A stretch of 64,000 bases of DNA from Candidatus Latescibacterota bacterium (GTDB taxonomy: Bacteria; Latescibacterota; UBA2968; GCA-2709665), in NCBI GenBank assembly GCA_965222075.1, contig OZ244937.1, positions 1,792,001-1,856,000 on the forward strand, written 5' to 3'. Below the pieces are notes generated by a model that was not told the DNA's origin, did no database searches, and saw only the letters and a list, made by a program, of their open reading frames with translations. Both the position numbers and the translations under genes were made by a program. Within the stretch, counting starts at the first letter, position 1; every line of letters begins with the position of its first letter. Positions 29,500-40,253 of this stretch are shown piece by piece.

Positions 29500-32400
29500 C
29501 TACCCTCTCCCCAGCACCCCTCTCAAAAACCGTCCCGTGTGCGATCCCTCCACCTGAGCAACCTCTTCGGGCGTGCCGACCGCCACCATATATCCCCCCT
29601 CGTCGCCGCCCTCCGGCCCCAGGTCGATCACCCAGTCCGCCGTCTTGATCACATCCAGGTTGTGCTCAATCACGATCACCGTATTTCCGGCATTGACCAG
29701 CCGATTGAGCACCTCCAGCAGTTTCTGGATATCCGCAACGTGCAGCCCTGTGGTCGGCTCGTCCAGGAGGTAGACCGTCTGCCCGGTATTCGGACGGGAA
29801 AGTTCCCTGGCCAGCTTCACCCGCTGCGCCTCCCCCCCCGACAGCATCGTGGACGCCTGGCCCAGCACCATATAGCCCAGGCCCACATCCTCCAGCGTCT
29901 GCAGGAACCGGCGTGCCTTCGGCACATTTTCGAAATGCAGCAGCGCCTGTGACACCGTCATCTCCAGCACATCTGAGATCGACCGCTCCCGGAACCGCAC
30001 CTCCAGCACGTCCCGGTTGAAGCGCTTTCCGCTGCACACCTCGCATGTCACCCACACATCGGACAGAAAGTGCATCTCGATGCACCGGGAGCCCAGCCCC
30101 TCGCACGCCTCGCAACGCCCTTTGCGGCTGTTGAAACTGAAGGCCCCCGCCTTGAACCCCCGCACCTGGGCCTCCGGGAGCTGGCTGTAGAGCCGCCGGA
30201 CCTCATCGAACAGCTTCACGTACGTGGCCGGGTTGCTCCGGAGCGAAAACCCGATCGGCGTCTGGTCGATATTGATCACCTTGTCGACCAACTCCAGCCC
30301 CCTGACTTCGTCCCCCCACGCCCCGGACGCCTGGTTAACCCCTGCCGCAAGCGCCCCGAAAAGCACATCGTTCACCAGCGAACTCTTGCCCGACCCCGAC
30401 ACCCCGGTCACGCACGTCAGCGTCCCCAGCGGAAAGCGCACGTCCAGGTCCTTCAGGTTGTTGTGGTGGACGCCGGCCACCTCCAGGGCCTTCCCGTTTG
30501 CAGGCCGCCGCCTGGACGGCACCCGGATCGCCAGCTTCCCCTTGAGGTACTGCGCCGTCAGAGACCCCTTTCGCACGCTCAGCCGCCCGGGTGAATTGGC
30601 GGCCACCACCTGCCCCCCCTCTCTCCCAGCGCCCGGCCCGAAATCCAGGATGTGGTCCGCCGCCTCCAGCGTCTCCCGGTCGTGCTCCACCACCACCAGC
30701 GTATTGCCCAGGTCCCGCAGCCGCTTCAGCGCCGTCAGCAGCCGCTGGTTGTCCCTCTGGTGCAGCCCGATCGTGGGCTCGTCCAGCACGTAGAGCACCC
30801 CGGTCAGCCCGGAACCGATCTGGCTCGCCAGCCGGATACGCTGCGCCTCTCCGCCCGACAGCGTCGGTGCCCGCCGCGAAAGCGTCAGATAGCCCAGCCC
30901 GACCTCATCCAAAAACCACAGCCGGCTCCGGATCTCGTGCAGCACCTCCCCGGCGGCCGCCTGTTCCCGGGGTCCCAGCGCCATCTCCTCGAACCAGGCC
31001 CGGGCCTCTGCAATCGACAGATCCGCCGTCTGGGGCAGCGTCTTGTCCCGCAGCCGGACCGCAGCGCTCACCCGCTTCAGCCGCATTCCCTGGCAGGACG
31101 GACAGGGCACATCCTGCACGAACGCTCCCAGCCCCTTCCGAAACCCGGGCGACAGGCGGACGAGCGCCTCCACGGTGGGGAACAGCCCCCGGTACTGGAA
31201 CCTCAGCCCCCCCGGCCCGTTGATCCATTTATCCCCCAGCCCGTAGAGCAGCGCCTCCACCGCTTTATCGGGCATCTCGGACACCGGCGTGCGCAGGTCA
31301 AATCCAGCCTCCCGGCCCACTGCCGTCAACAGATCCAGCAGCTTCCCGGACAGCAGCCCCCAGGCCGTCACCGCCCCTTCCAGCAGCGACCGCTTCGGAT
31401 CGGGAATCAGCGTATTTTTCCCCATCCCCCGCTGTGTCCCCAGCCCCTCGCAGACCGGGCACCAGCCCTCCGGGCTGTTGAAGGACAGCCGCTGCGGCGT
31501 CACCTCGTCAAAGCTCTGTCCGCAGGAAGCGCATGAGAGGTGCTGGCTGAACCGCGTCTCCTCCTCTCCGTCCGCTACCACCACCACCCCGCCCGACAGG
31601 TCCAGCGCCGCCTTCACGGAATCGGCAATCCGCTTTCGCGCCGACCGCTTCAGCGTGATGCGGTCCACCAGGATCTCCAGCCGGTGCGTCTGCCGGTAGT
31701 CGATCTCCACCGGCGTCTTTAAGAGGAACACCTTCCCGTCCAGCCGCCCCCGCAGATACCCCTCCCGCCGCGCCCGCTCGATCAGCATCTCGTAGTCCTC
31801 TCCCCGCTCCGGCTCCCGGGGCGCCAGCAGGTAAAGCAGGCGCCTGCCTGCCGAGTCGCCTGCCTGCGCCGAGTTCTGCTCGGCAGGCAGGGCGCAGGCA
31901 GGTCCCTCCGGCATCTGCACCACGCGGTCTACGATCTCCTGTGCCGACTGCGCCCCGGCCGCCACCTCGCAATCGGGACAGATCACCTCCCCCAGCAGCG
32001 CAAACAGCGCCCGCAGATAGTCGTTCACCTCCGTCACCGTACCCACCGTGGACCGGGGATTCTTGCTGGCCGCCTTCTGCTCGATCGCAATCGCCGGTGA
32101 AAGCCCCACCACCCGGTCCACCTTTGGTTTGGGCATCCGCCCCAGGAACTGCCTGGCGTAGGCCGACAGCGACTCCACGTAGCGCCGCTGTCCCTCCGCG
32201 TAGACCGTATCCAATGCCAGCGACGACTTCCCCGACCCCGACACCCCCGAAATCACCGTCAGCCTCTCCCTGGGAATCACCGCATCCACATCCTTCAGAT
32301 TGTTCTCCCGCGCCCCCAGCACCTCGATCTTCCGAACCCGCCCGTTTCGCCGTCGCCCCGTCCGGCACCCCGCTCCTGCTCCCGTCCCGGTTGCAGGTTC

Positions 32401-35268
32401 AACGTTGAACGTTGAACGGTCTTCCAACACCGTCCGCAGCGCCCTCCCCGTATGCGACGTCTCCACTCCCGCCACCGCTTCCGGCGTCCCTTCTGCGACC
32501 ACCTCTCCCCCCGCTTCTCCGCCCTCCGGCCCCAGGTCGATCACCCAGTCCGCCGTCTTGACCACCTCTAAGTTGTGTTCGATCACCACCACCGTATTCC
32601 CCAGGTCTACCAGCCGGTGAAGCACGTTCAGCAGGTTTTGAATATCGGCAAAATGCAGCCCTGTGGTCGGCTCGTCCAGGATGTAGAGCGTCCGCCCGGT
32701 GCTCCTGCGGCAGAGCTCCTTCGCCAGCTTCACCCGCTGCGCCTCTCCTCCCGATAAGGTCGGCGCGGGCTGTCCCAGATGGACGTAGCCCATCCCCACG
32801 TCCACCAGCACCTTGAGCACCCGGTGGATCCGGGGCACGTTCTTGAAAAACGCGCATGCCTCCTCCACTTCCATCTCCAGCACATCCGCAATCGAGGCTC
32901 CCCTGTACGTCACGTCCAGGGTCTCCCGGTTGAACCGCCGCCCTTCGCAGACCGGGCAGGCCACCCACACATCCGCCAGGAAATCCATCTCCACCAGGTT
33001 GGCCCCGTTCCCCTGGCAGGCCTCGCATCGCCCCCCCTTCACGTTAAAACTGAACCGCCCCGGTTTGTAGCCCCGCACCTTCGACTCCGGCAGCTCGGCA
33101 AAAAGCGCCCGGATCGGGTCGCACGCCCCCGTGTACGTCGCCGGATTGCTCCGGGGCGTCCGCCCGATCGGCTGCTGATCGATCTCGATCACCTTGTCCA
33201 GGTGCGCCATCCCCTCGATCCGCCGGTAGGCCCCCGGTTCCGTCTCCGCCCGGTTCAGCTCCCGGGCCAGCACCCGGTAGAGAATATGGTCAACCAGGGA
33301 ACTCTTTCCCGACCCCGACACGCCCGTCACACAGACCAGCGCCCGCAGCGGGACCTTCACGTCTACGTTCTTCAAATTGTTCTGCCTCGCGCCCCGCACC
33401 CTCAGCCACTTCCCGTTCACCCTCCGCCGCTGCGGGATCGGGATCGCCTGCTTCCCCGACAGATAGGCCCCGGTAATCGACCCTCGAGCGCGGGCCACCC
33501 GCCGCCAGTCCCCCGAGGCCACCACCTTCCCCCCCAGGTGCCCCGGCCCCGGGCCGAAATCCACCACCCGGTCCGCCCGGCGCATGGTCTCCTCGTCGTG
33601 CTCCACCACAATCACCGTATTCCCGGCGTCCCTGAGGCTGCACAGCGCGTCCAACAGCCTCCGGTTGTCCCGGTGGTGCAGCCCGATCGACGGCTCGTCC
33701 AGGACGTAGGTCACCCCCACCAGCCCGCTCCCAATCTGTCCCGCCAGCCGGATGCGTTGCGCTTCGCCTCCCGACAGCGTCGGCGCCGTTCGGTCCAGGC
33801 TCAGATAGTCCAGACCCACATCCAGCAAAAACGTCAACCGTCCCGTAACCTCCTTCAGCCCGTCCTCCGCAACCGTCTCCTGCGTCGGTGTCAGCGTCAG
33901 CCCCGCAAAAAAGGCATACGCGTCTTCCACCGACATAGCCATCACCTCCGGCAGCGACCGCCCCTCGATCTTCACCGCCAGGGCCTCCGGCCGCAGCCTC
34001 GCGCCCCTGCAATCCGGACAGGAGCCCGTGTGCATAAAAGCCCCCACCTTTCGCTTCCAGAACGCCGTATTGGCCTCGGCGTAGCGCCGCTCTAAGGGCG
34101 GCAGGATGCCCTCAAACGTATCCCGGTGCCGGTAGACCTCCCCGTTTGACCGCCGCCACTCAAACCGGATCTTCCCGAAGACCCCGTAGAGCAGTTCCTG
34201 CCGCCCCTCCTCCGGGATCTCCTTCCAGGGCGTATGCACGCTCGCCCCGTGCCGCTTGAGCACCCCCTCGTAGTAGTGAATCTTCCACCGGTTGCGCGGC
34301 ACGCCAATCGGAGCGATCGCCCCCTCCATCACCGACAGGCGATCCTCCGGCACCACCAGCGCAGTATCCATCGCAATCCGGGTGCCCAGCCCCCGGCAGG
34401 TGGGACACATCCCCTGGGGACTGTTAAACGAAAAAAGCTGGGGCGTGGGCTCGACCGCGCTCAGCCCGCAGTGGGGACAGGCAAAGGTAGAACTCAGCAG
34501 GAGGTCCTCTGCCTCCTCCACGCTCACGATAAGCGTCCCCTTCCCCAGCGCCAGCGCCCCATCCACTGCCTCTCCAAACCGCGCCTGAGCCTCGGACCGC
34601 ACCACCAGACGGTCCACCACCACGTCAATATCGTGCCGGATGTACCGCTCTAAACGCTGTGTACCTGTCTGCGTGCGTGCAGCAGCACGCACAGGCAGGT
34701 CGGTCAGATTCACAATCCGTCCGTCCACCCGCGCCCGGATGTAGCCCTCTCGCTGCAGATCCTCGAACAGGTCCAGGTACTCCCCCTTGCGCCCCCTCAC
34801 CAGCGGCGCCAGCACGTGGACGCGCGTCCCTTCCTCCAGGGCCATGATCCGATCCACGATTCCGTCTCGCGTCTGCGCCCCGATCGGAGCCCCGCAGGAC
34901 GCACAGTGAGGCGTGCCGATGCGCGCAAACAGCACCCGCAGGTAGTCGGTGATCTCCGTCATCGTTCCCACCGTGGAGCGGGGGTTGCGTCCGGCCGTCT
35001 TCTGCTGGATCGACACGGTTGGCGTCAGACCGGTAATCTGGTCCACATCGGGCTTCTCCATCTGCCCCAGAAACTGCCGGGCGTAGGCCGACAGCGACTC
35101 GATGTAGCGCCGTTGCCCTTCGGCGTAAATCGTATCGAACGCTAAAGAGGACTTTCCGGACCCGGACACGCCGGTAAAACAGATCAGCGCATTGCGTGGA
35201 AGCTCCAGATCCACGTCTTTCAGATTGTGGACGCGTGCTCCTTTAATCACGATGTTTCGAGTTTCCAT
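29500..35268 (-). CDS. uvrA: Excinuclease ABC subunit A, tandem double-length form (four ABC domains)
   Basis: Two complete UvrA units, each with GA..NLK, GVSGSGKSSL x2, AEGQRRY.ESLSAYARQFLG, LSGGEAQR x2 and Zn-finger CXXC motifs. Confidence 0.95.
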   Translation of the reverse strand: METRNIVIKGARVHNLKDVDLELPRNALICFTGVSGSGKSSLAFDTIYAEGQRRYIESLSAYARQFLGQMEKPDVDQITGLTPTVSIQQKTAGRNPRSTVGTMTEITDYLRVLFARIGTPHCASCGAPIGAQTRDGIVDRIMALEEGTRVHVLAPLVRGRKGEYLDLFEDLQREGYIRARVDGRIVNLTDLPVRAAARTQTGTQRLERYIRHDIDVVVDRLVVRSEAQARFGEAVDGALALGKGTLIVSVEEAEDLLLSSTFACPHCGLSAVEPTPQLFSFNSPQGMCPTCRGLGTRIAMDTALVVPEDRLSVMEGAIAPIGVPRNRWKIHYYEGVLKRHGASVHTPWKEIPEEGRQELLYGVFGKIRFEWRRSNGEVYRHRDTFEGILPPLERRYAEANTAFWKRKVGAFMHTGSCPDCRGARLRPEALAVKIEGRSLPEVMAMSVEDAYAFFAGLTLTPTQETVAEDGLKEVTGRLTFLLDVGLDYLSLDRTAPTLSGGEAQRIRLAGQIGSGLVGVTYVLDEPSIGLHHRDNRRLLDALCSLRDAGNTVIVVEHDEETMRRADRVVDFGPGPGHLGGKVVASGDWRRVARARGSITGAYLSGKQAIPIPQRRRVNGKWLRVRGARQNNLKNVDVKVPLRALVCVTGVSGSGKSSLVDHILYRVLARELNRAETEPGAYRRIEGMAHLDKVIEIDQQPIGRTPRSNPATYTGACDPIRALFAELPESKVRGYKPGRFSFNVKGGRCEACQGNGANLVEMDFLADVWVACPVCEGRRFNRETLDVTYRGASIADVLEMEVEEACAFFKNVPRIHRVLKVLVDVGMGYVHLGQPAPTLSGGEAQRVKLAKELCRRSTGRTLYILDEPTTGLHFADIQNLLNVLHRLVDLGNTVVVIEHNLEVVKTADWVIDLGPEGGEAGGEVVAEGTPEAVAGVETSHTGRALRTVLEDRSTFNVEPATGTGAGAGCRTGRRRNGRVRKIEVLGARENNLKDVDAVIPRERLTVISGVSGSGKSSLALDTVYAEGQRRYVESLSAYARQFLGRMPKPKVDRVVGLSPAIAIEQKAASKNPRSTVGTVTEVNDYLRALFALLGEVICPDCEVAAGAQSAQEIVDRVVQMPEGPACALPAEQNSAQAGDSAGRRLLYLLAPREPERGEDYEMLIERARREGYLRGRLDGKVFLLKTPVEIDYRQTHRLEILVDRITLKRSARKRIADSVKAALDLSGGVVVVADGEEETRFSQHLSCASCGQSFDEVTPQRLSFNSPEGWCPVCEGLGTQRGMGKNTLIPDPKRSLLEGAVTAWGLLSGKLLDLLTAVGREAGFDLRTPVSEMPDKAVEALLYGLGDKWINGPGGLRFQYRGLFPTVEALVRLSPGFRKGLGAFVQDVPCPSCQGMRLKRVSAAVRLRDKTLPQTADLSIAEARAWFEEMALGPREQAAAGEVLHEIRSRLWFLDEVGLGYLTLSRRAPTLSGGEAQRIRLASQIGSGLTGVLYVLDEPTIGLHQRDNQRLLTALKRLRDLGNTLVVVEHDRETLEAADHILDFGPGAGREGGQVVAANSPGRLSVRKGSLTAQYLKGKLAIRVPSRRRPANGKALEVAGVHHNNLKDLDVRFPLGTLTCVTGVSGSGKSSLVNDVLFGALAAGVNQASGAWGDEVRGLELVDKVINIDQTPIGFSLRSNPATYVKLFDEVRRLYSQLPEAQVRGFKAGAFSFNSRKGRCEACEGLGSRCIEMHFLSDVWVTCEVCSGKRFNRDVLEVRFRERSISDVLEMTVSQALLHFENVPKARRFLQTLEDVGLGYMVLGQASTMLSGGEAQRVKLARELSRPNTGQTVYLLDEPTTGLHVADIQKLLEVLNRLVNAGNTVIVIEHNLDVIKTADWVIDLGPEGGDEGGYMVAVGTPEEVAQVEGSHTGRFLRGVLGRG
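31843..31902 (+). mobile_element. Nested pair of in-frame miniature palindromic elements (27 bp outer + 33 bp inner) inside uvrA
   Basis: CCTGCCTGCCGAGTCG[CCTGCCTGCGCCGAGTTCTGCTCGGCAGGCAGG]GCGCAGGCAGG; removal gives MPEGRLLYLLAP. Confidence 0.8.
34664..34699 (-). mobile_element. 36 bp in-frame miniature palindromic element inside uvrA
   Basis: Minus strand CCTGCCTGTGCGTGC-TGCT-GCACGCACGCAGACAGG, encoding LPVRAAARTQTG. Confidence 0.8.
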
Positions 35269-35534
35269 AAGATTTGGAGGTTCTCCGGACGGAGGTCGTA
35301 TTGGGAGGTTGGCTGACGGCGTTTGGCCGGACAGCCAGACGATATGGGGGAGGACCTGCTATGGGGGAGGACTTTCTCGGATATCGGGTACCATCAAAAG
35401 ATACCGGAACAGGAGAATATACTACTCATTTGTTCACATATCAAGCAAAAAACAAAACGCGCTGCCTTCAGGCAGGGGCAATTCGCGAACTGCCCCTGCT
35501 CCGACCTGCTCGACGGTGGATTCGGTGAGGGTGG

Positions 35535-36857
35535 TCACGTTACCTCCATCGGTGTTTCCCAAAGCAAGCGAAGCGGTACGGCGTAGAGTCCGTCGCCAAA
35601 GCGGGTACAGGTCTCTCCGTCGTACAGCACTACGCCTCCGGCGAACCGGCTGCCCGTTGCGGCTCTCAACTTGCACAAGCCGCGGAAGTCCGCCCTGGTC
35701 ACAGTGGCACCCGCCTTCACCTCCACTCCCGCAACCGCCAGCGCTCCGCACTCAACGACAATGTCCACCTCCACCTTGTCCTTGTCGCGGTAGTGGAAAA
35801 ACGCCAGGGGGGACTCGTGCCAGCTCGCCTGCCGCCGCAACTCCTGGAACACGAAGGTCTCGAGAAGCTGACCTATCAGTGTTCGGTCGGCCGCCAGTCC
35901 TGCCGCATCTATCCCCAGAAGCGCACAAGCAAGGCCGGTATCGCCGATGTGCAGCTTTGGCGTCTTGATGAGGCGGCTCAGCCGATTGTGGTGCCATGGG
36001 GGAAGCCTCTCCAGCAAAAACACCTGTTCGAGTAGCTTGACATAGTGAAAGATCGTCGGTCGGCTGAGCTGGAAGGGCGAAGCCAGATCAGAGACATTCA
36101 GCAGCCTGGCCGTCTGTGCCGCCGCCAATCCGAGTAGGCGAGGCAGTGCCTCAAGACTGCCGATCCGCGCCAGATCGCGCACATCGCGCTGCACCTGGGC
36201 ATCGAGATAGTCGCGATACCAGTTGGCCCGCCGCCGGCCGGCAGGCCGGGCAAGTGCTGCCGGATACCCACCGGCAACGATGCGCTCGCCAAGCTGACTA
36301 CCGAGCCGCTCGACCCGTTGCATCTTGAATCCACCCCCGAATAGAGCGTCGAGGAATCCGGAGAATCGAGCCGTGGTTATTCCAAGCTCGCACTGCGCGA
36401 GCGGATGCAGCCTGACCGTCTCCATACGGCCCGCCAGGGAGTCCGACAAGTTGGGGACCAGCAGCACATTGGTTGAGCCTGTCAGCACGAAACGCCCCGG
36501 CACGCGGCTGCGATCCACTTCCATCTTCAGCGCGCTGAAGAGCGTGGGGACGCGCTGCACTTCGTCCAGAATGACGCGCTCAGGCAGATCGGCAACAAAA
36601 CCCATGGGGTCGGCCTGGGCACCAGCGCGTACCACATCATCGTCGAAGCTGATGTATGTGTAGTCGCGGTGTTGTTGGGAAAATCCCCCAATAAGGCGGT
36701 CATCGCCCCATTTCAAATATTGCGGCACGAGCACCATCTGCGCGAGCGTAGTCTTGCCGCATTGGCGTGGACCGTGAATCAGGACAATCGGTGAGTCCTC
36801 TAACGCCTCCGTAAGAGGCCGCTCGGCAAAGCGCGGGTAAAGCTGGGTCTCTGGCAT
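35535..36857 (-). CDS. AAA+ ATPase with DUF4143 domain (COG1373 family)
   Basis: GPRQCGKTT, LDEVQR, LTGS, GGYP, KTPKLHIGDTGL, EVDIV..VEVK. Confidence 0.9.
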   Translation of the reverse strand: MPETQLYPRFAERPLTEALEDSPIVLIHGPRQCGKTTLAQMVLVPQYLKWGDDRLIGGFSQQHRDYTYISFDDDVVRAGAQADPMGFVADLPERVILDEVQRVPTLFSALKMEVDRSRVPGRFVLTGSTNVLLVPNLSDSLAGRMETVRLHPLAQCELGITTARFSGFLDALFGGGFKMQRVERLGSQLGERIVAGGYPAALARPAGRRRANWYRDYLDAQVQRDVRDLARIGSLEALPRLLGLAAAQTARLLNVSDLASPFQLSRPTIFHYVKLLEQVFLLERLPPWHHNRLSRLIKTPKLHIGDTGLACALLGIDAAGLAADRTLIGQLLETFVFQELRRQASWHESPLAFFHYRDKDKVEVDIVVECGALAVAGVEVKAGATVTRADFRGLCKLRAATGSRFAGGVVLYDGETCTRFGDGLYAVPLRLLWETPMEVT

Positions 36858-36863
36858 CGGCTA

Positions 36864-36892
36864 ATTGTAAGTATTGTGTCGTCTGATTGCAA
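36864..36892 (-). promoter_or_regulatory. Sigma70-type promoter, probably giving a leaderless mRNA
   Basis: TTGCAA-17 bp-TACAAT ends 6 nt before the ATG at 36857; no SD. Confidence 0.55.
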
Positions 36893-36989
36893 GTTTATAA
36901 TGCGGCCAATTGCAACTTTATCGCCGAGATGAAAGCCCGCCCAACGTAGGGGCAACCCTTGTGGTTGCCCTGTTGGGCGTGGATTGGGC
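36879..36989 (+). repeat. 111 bp repeat, copy 1 (inverted copy at 61370-61480), containing a GTAG-type REP-like palindrome
   Basis: Reverse complement matches 61370-61480; includes GTAGGGGCAACCCTTGTGGTTGCCCT. Confidence 0.9.
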
Positions 36990-37095
36990 ACCTCCGGGGG
37001 ACGCGCCTGCCTGCTGCCAACATACGCGGTCATTCAGGGGAAAGCAAGAGGAAAAAGAGAGCGTCGGCGTCTCGCTGAAACCCTGCTTAAAACAG

Positions 37096-37124
37096 TTGAC
37101 CGAAGCGGCGAATGTAAGTATGTT
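37096..37124 (+). promoter_or_regulatory. Putative sigma70 promoter of the sugar-catabolic operon
   Basis: TTGACC-17 bp-TATGTT. Confidence 0.45.
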
Positions 37125-37288
37125 TGGTGAATCTGCCGCTCATACGGGGGCGTCACGGTCGGAGAGTCAAAAGGAACGGACTGGAAGGCCATAGCCCCCG
37201 GGGTGGCGGAACGCCTGAAGGGTGAACCGAATTCCCGCCGGTCTGACCTGGCCGGAATAAGACTCAAATCAAGGAGAGACACCCCCCT

Positions 37289-38086
37289 ATGGAACTCGGC
37301 TGCAGCACCATCCTCTATGGCGGGCACGACCTGAAGCTCGCCCTCCGGAAAATCCGGGCGGCCGGCTACAGGGCCGTCGAGTTGTGCGCCATCCCCGGCA
37401 TGGCGCCCCACCTCAACATCGGGGGTGGCGATGCCTGTTATCGGGAAATCAAAGCGATGACGGACGACTACGGCCTTGAAATCGAATCCATCGGCGCCAG
37501 CGGCAACCTGGGCGACCGGGACCGCTTCCTCCGGGTTCTCGACGCTGCCTCTGCCCTGGGCGCCCCGGCCGTCACCACGGGCCCGGGCGGAAAGCCCGAC
37601 GATGAAGCCTCCTTCAAATCCGTGGTTGAAACCATCAACAACCTGGCAGAAGAGGCCGCCCAACGGAACGTCAAACTCAGCATCAAACCCCACGTCAACA
37701 ACGCCGTCTACAACACCGAAACCGCCCATCGCTTCATGCAGGAGGTCAACCGCACCCGGGTGGGCCTCAACTACGACCCCACCCACATCTGGCGCACTCC
37801 GCAGCAGGAAGTCCCCGAAGAGACCGTGGGCAAACTCCTGGACGACATCCTCACCGCCCGTATCCGGGACGTGAAGGGCCGCCAGTTGGCCATCGGTCCG
37901 GTGGAGGGCCAGATCGCCGGCAATGGAGACCTCAACCTCCCGGCCCTTGCCGAACAGTTCAAAAAGGTCCCCAACCTCCGGTATGTCGTTTTGGAGATCG
38001 TAGGCACCAAAGACATGGCGGTGGAAGAGATCGATCCCATCGTTCAAAAATCATTCGATTACCTCAATCCCCTCTTCGCCGAATAA
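37289..38086 (+). CDS. Sugar phosphate isomerase/epimerase (xylose-isomerase-like TIM barrel)
   Basis: AGYRAVEL, GLNYDPTH; SD AAGGAG. Confidence 0.8.
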   Translation: MELGCSTILYGGHDLKLALRKIRAAGYRAVELCAIPGMAPHLNIGGGDACYREIKAMTDDYGLEIESIGASGNLGDRDRFLRVLDAASALGAPAVTTGPGGKPDDEASFKSVVETINNLAEEAAQRNVKLSIKPHVNNAVYNTETAHRFMQEVNRTRVGLNYDPTHIWRTPQQEVPEETVGKLLDDILTARIRDVKGRQLAIGPVEGQIAGNGDLNLPALAEQFKKVPNLRYVVLEIVGTKDMAVEEIDPIVQKSFDYLNPLFAE

Positions 38087-38104
38087 AAAATCGGAGCTTA
38101 CATA

Positions 38105-39159
38105 ATGGCCCACTTCAACGTCGGCATCATCGGCTGTGGGCGTCCCCGCCAGGACGAAGGCGCGACCGGTTTTGGCATGGCCCACCACCATGCCGCCGGT
38201 TATGAAGCCTGTGCCGACACCGAAATCGTCGCCGTCGCCGACATCAAGCGCGAAAACGGGGAAGCCTTTGCCGAAGCGCACAACGTCCCCGGCGTCTATG
38301 GTGACTACCGCGACATGCTGGAAAAAGAGGACCTGGACATCGTCAGCGTCTGTCTCTGGATCGCCCTTCACGCCCCGGCCGTCAACGACGTCGCCCGGTC
38401 GGGCGTCAGAGCCATCCACTGCGAAAAGCCCATGGCCCCCACCTTCGGCGAGGCCCGGTCCATGGTCGAAACCTGCAGCGCACACAGCGTGCAACTCACC
38501 TTCAACCACCAGCGGCGTTTCGGCCCCTCCTTCCGCAAGGCCAGAGAGGTCGCCCACAGCGGCGCCATCGGGCAGATCCGGCGGCTGGAGGGCTACTGCG
38601 GAGACATGCTGGACTGGGGCACCCACTGGCTGGATATGATGTTCTTCTACAACAACGAGCAACCCGCCGAATGGGTCATCGGCCAGATCGACAGCCGGGA
38701 AGAAATGGCCATCTTCGGCACTCCGGTCGAAAGCCAGGCCATCTGTTCCATCATGTGGAAAAACAGCGTCCGGGGCCTGCTTGAAACCGGCGCCCCGGGA
38801 AGCGGCGTGGGCAACCGCATCCTCGGCACGGATGGCATCGTCGAAGTCGGCGTCCGGGACGGCCCTGCCCTTCGTTACACAGGCCGCGACACGTCCGGCT
38901 GGGCCGTGCCCGACCTGGAAGAGGGCACACACGGCGACGACCCCATCACCCTTGGCATCCTCGACCTGGTCGACGCCCTCAAATCGGGCCGCGAACCCGA
39001 ACTCGCCGCCCGCAAGGCACTACAGGCCACCGAAATCATCTTCGCCACCTACGAATCCAGCCGGCGGCGGGCGCGCATTGACCTGCCCCTCACTATCCAC
39101 GACTCACCCTTTCTGGACATGCTGGAAAAGGGGAAGATCGGGCCGAAAAGGAGAACCTC

Positions 39160-39163
<4 letters not shown>
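38105..39163 (+). CDS. Gfo/Idh/MocA family oxidoreductase
   Basis: IIGCG, CEKPMA, NHQRRF, DWGTHWLD. Confidence 0.9.
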
Positions 39164-40181
<1,018 letters not shown>

Positions 40182-40184
40182 TTC

Positions 40185-40206
40185 CCTCTCCCGCCTGCGG
40201 GAGAGG
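40185..40206. repeat. REP-like palindrome
   Basis: CCTCTCCCGC-CT-GCGGGAGAGG between genes. Confidence 0.5.
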
Positions 40207-40253
40207 AGTGCCCGGCGCAGCCGTGAGGGCCAGGACCGATAGGAGAATACCCC

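Noticed and set aside
37146-37160. tmRNA, SRP RNA, T-box or glycine riboswitch
   Set aside because: Only short resemblances were seen (GGGGGCGTCACGG; GAGAG). The diagnostic conserved motifs and 3' ends are absent.
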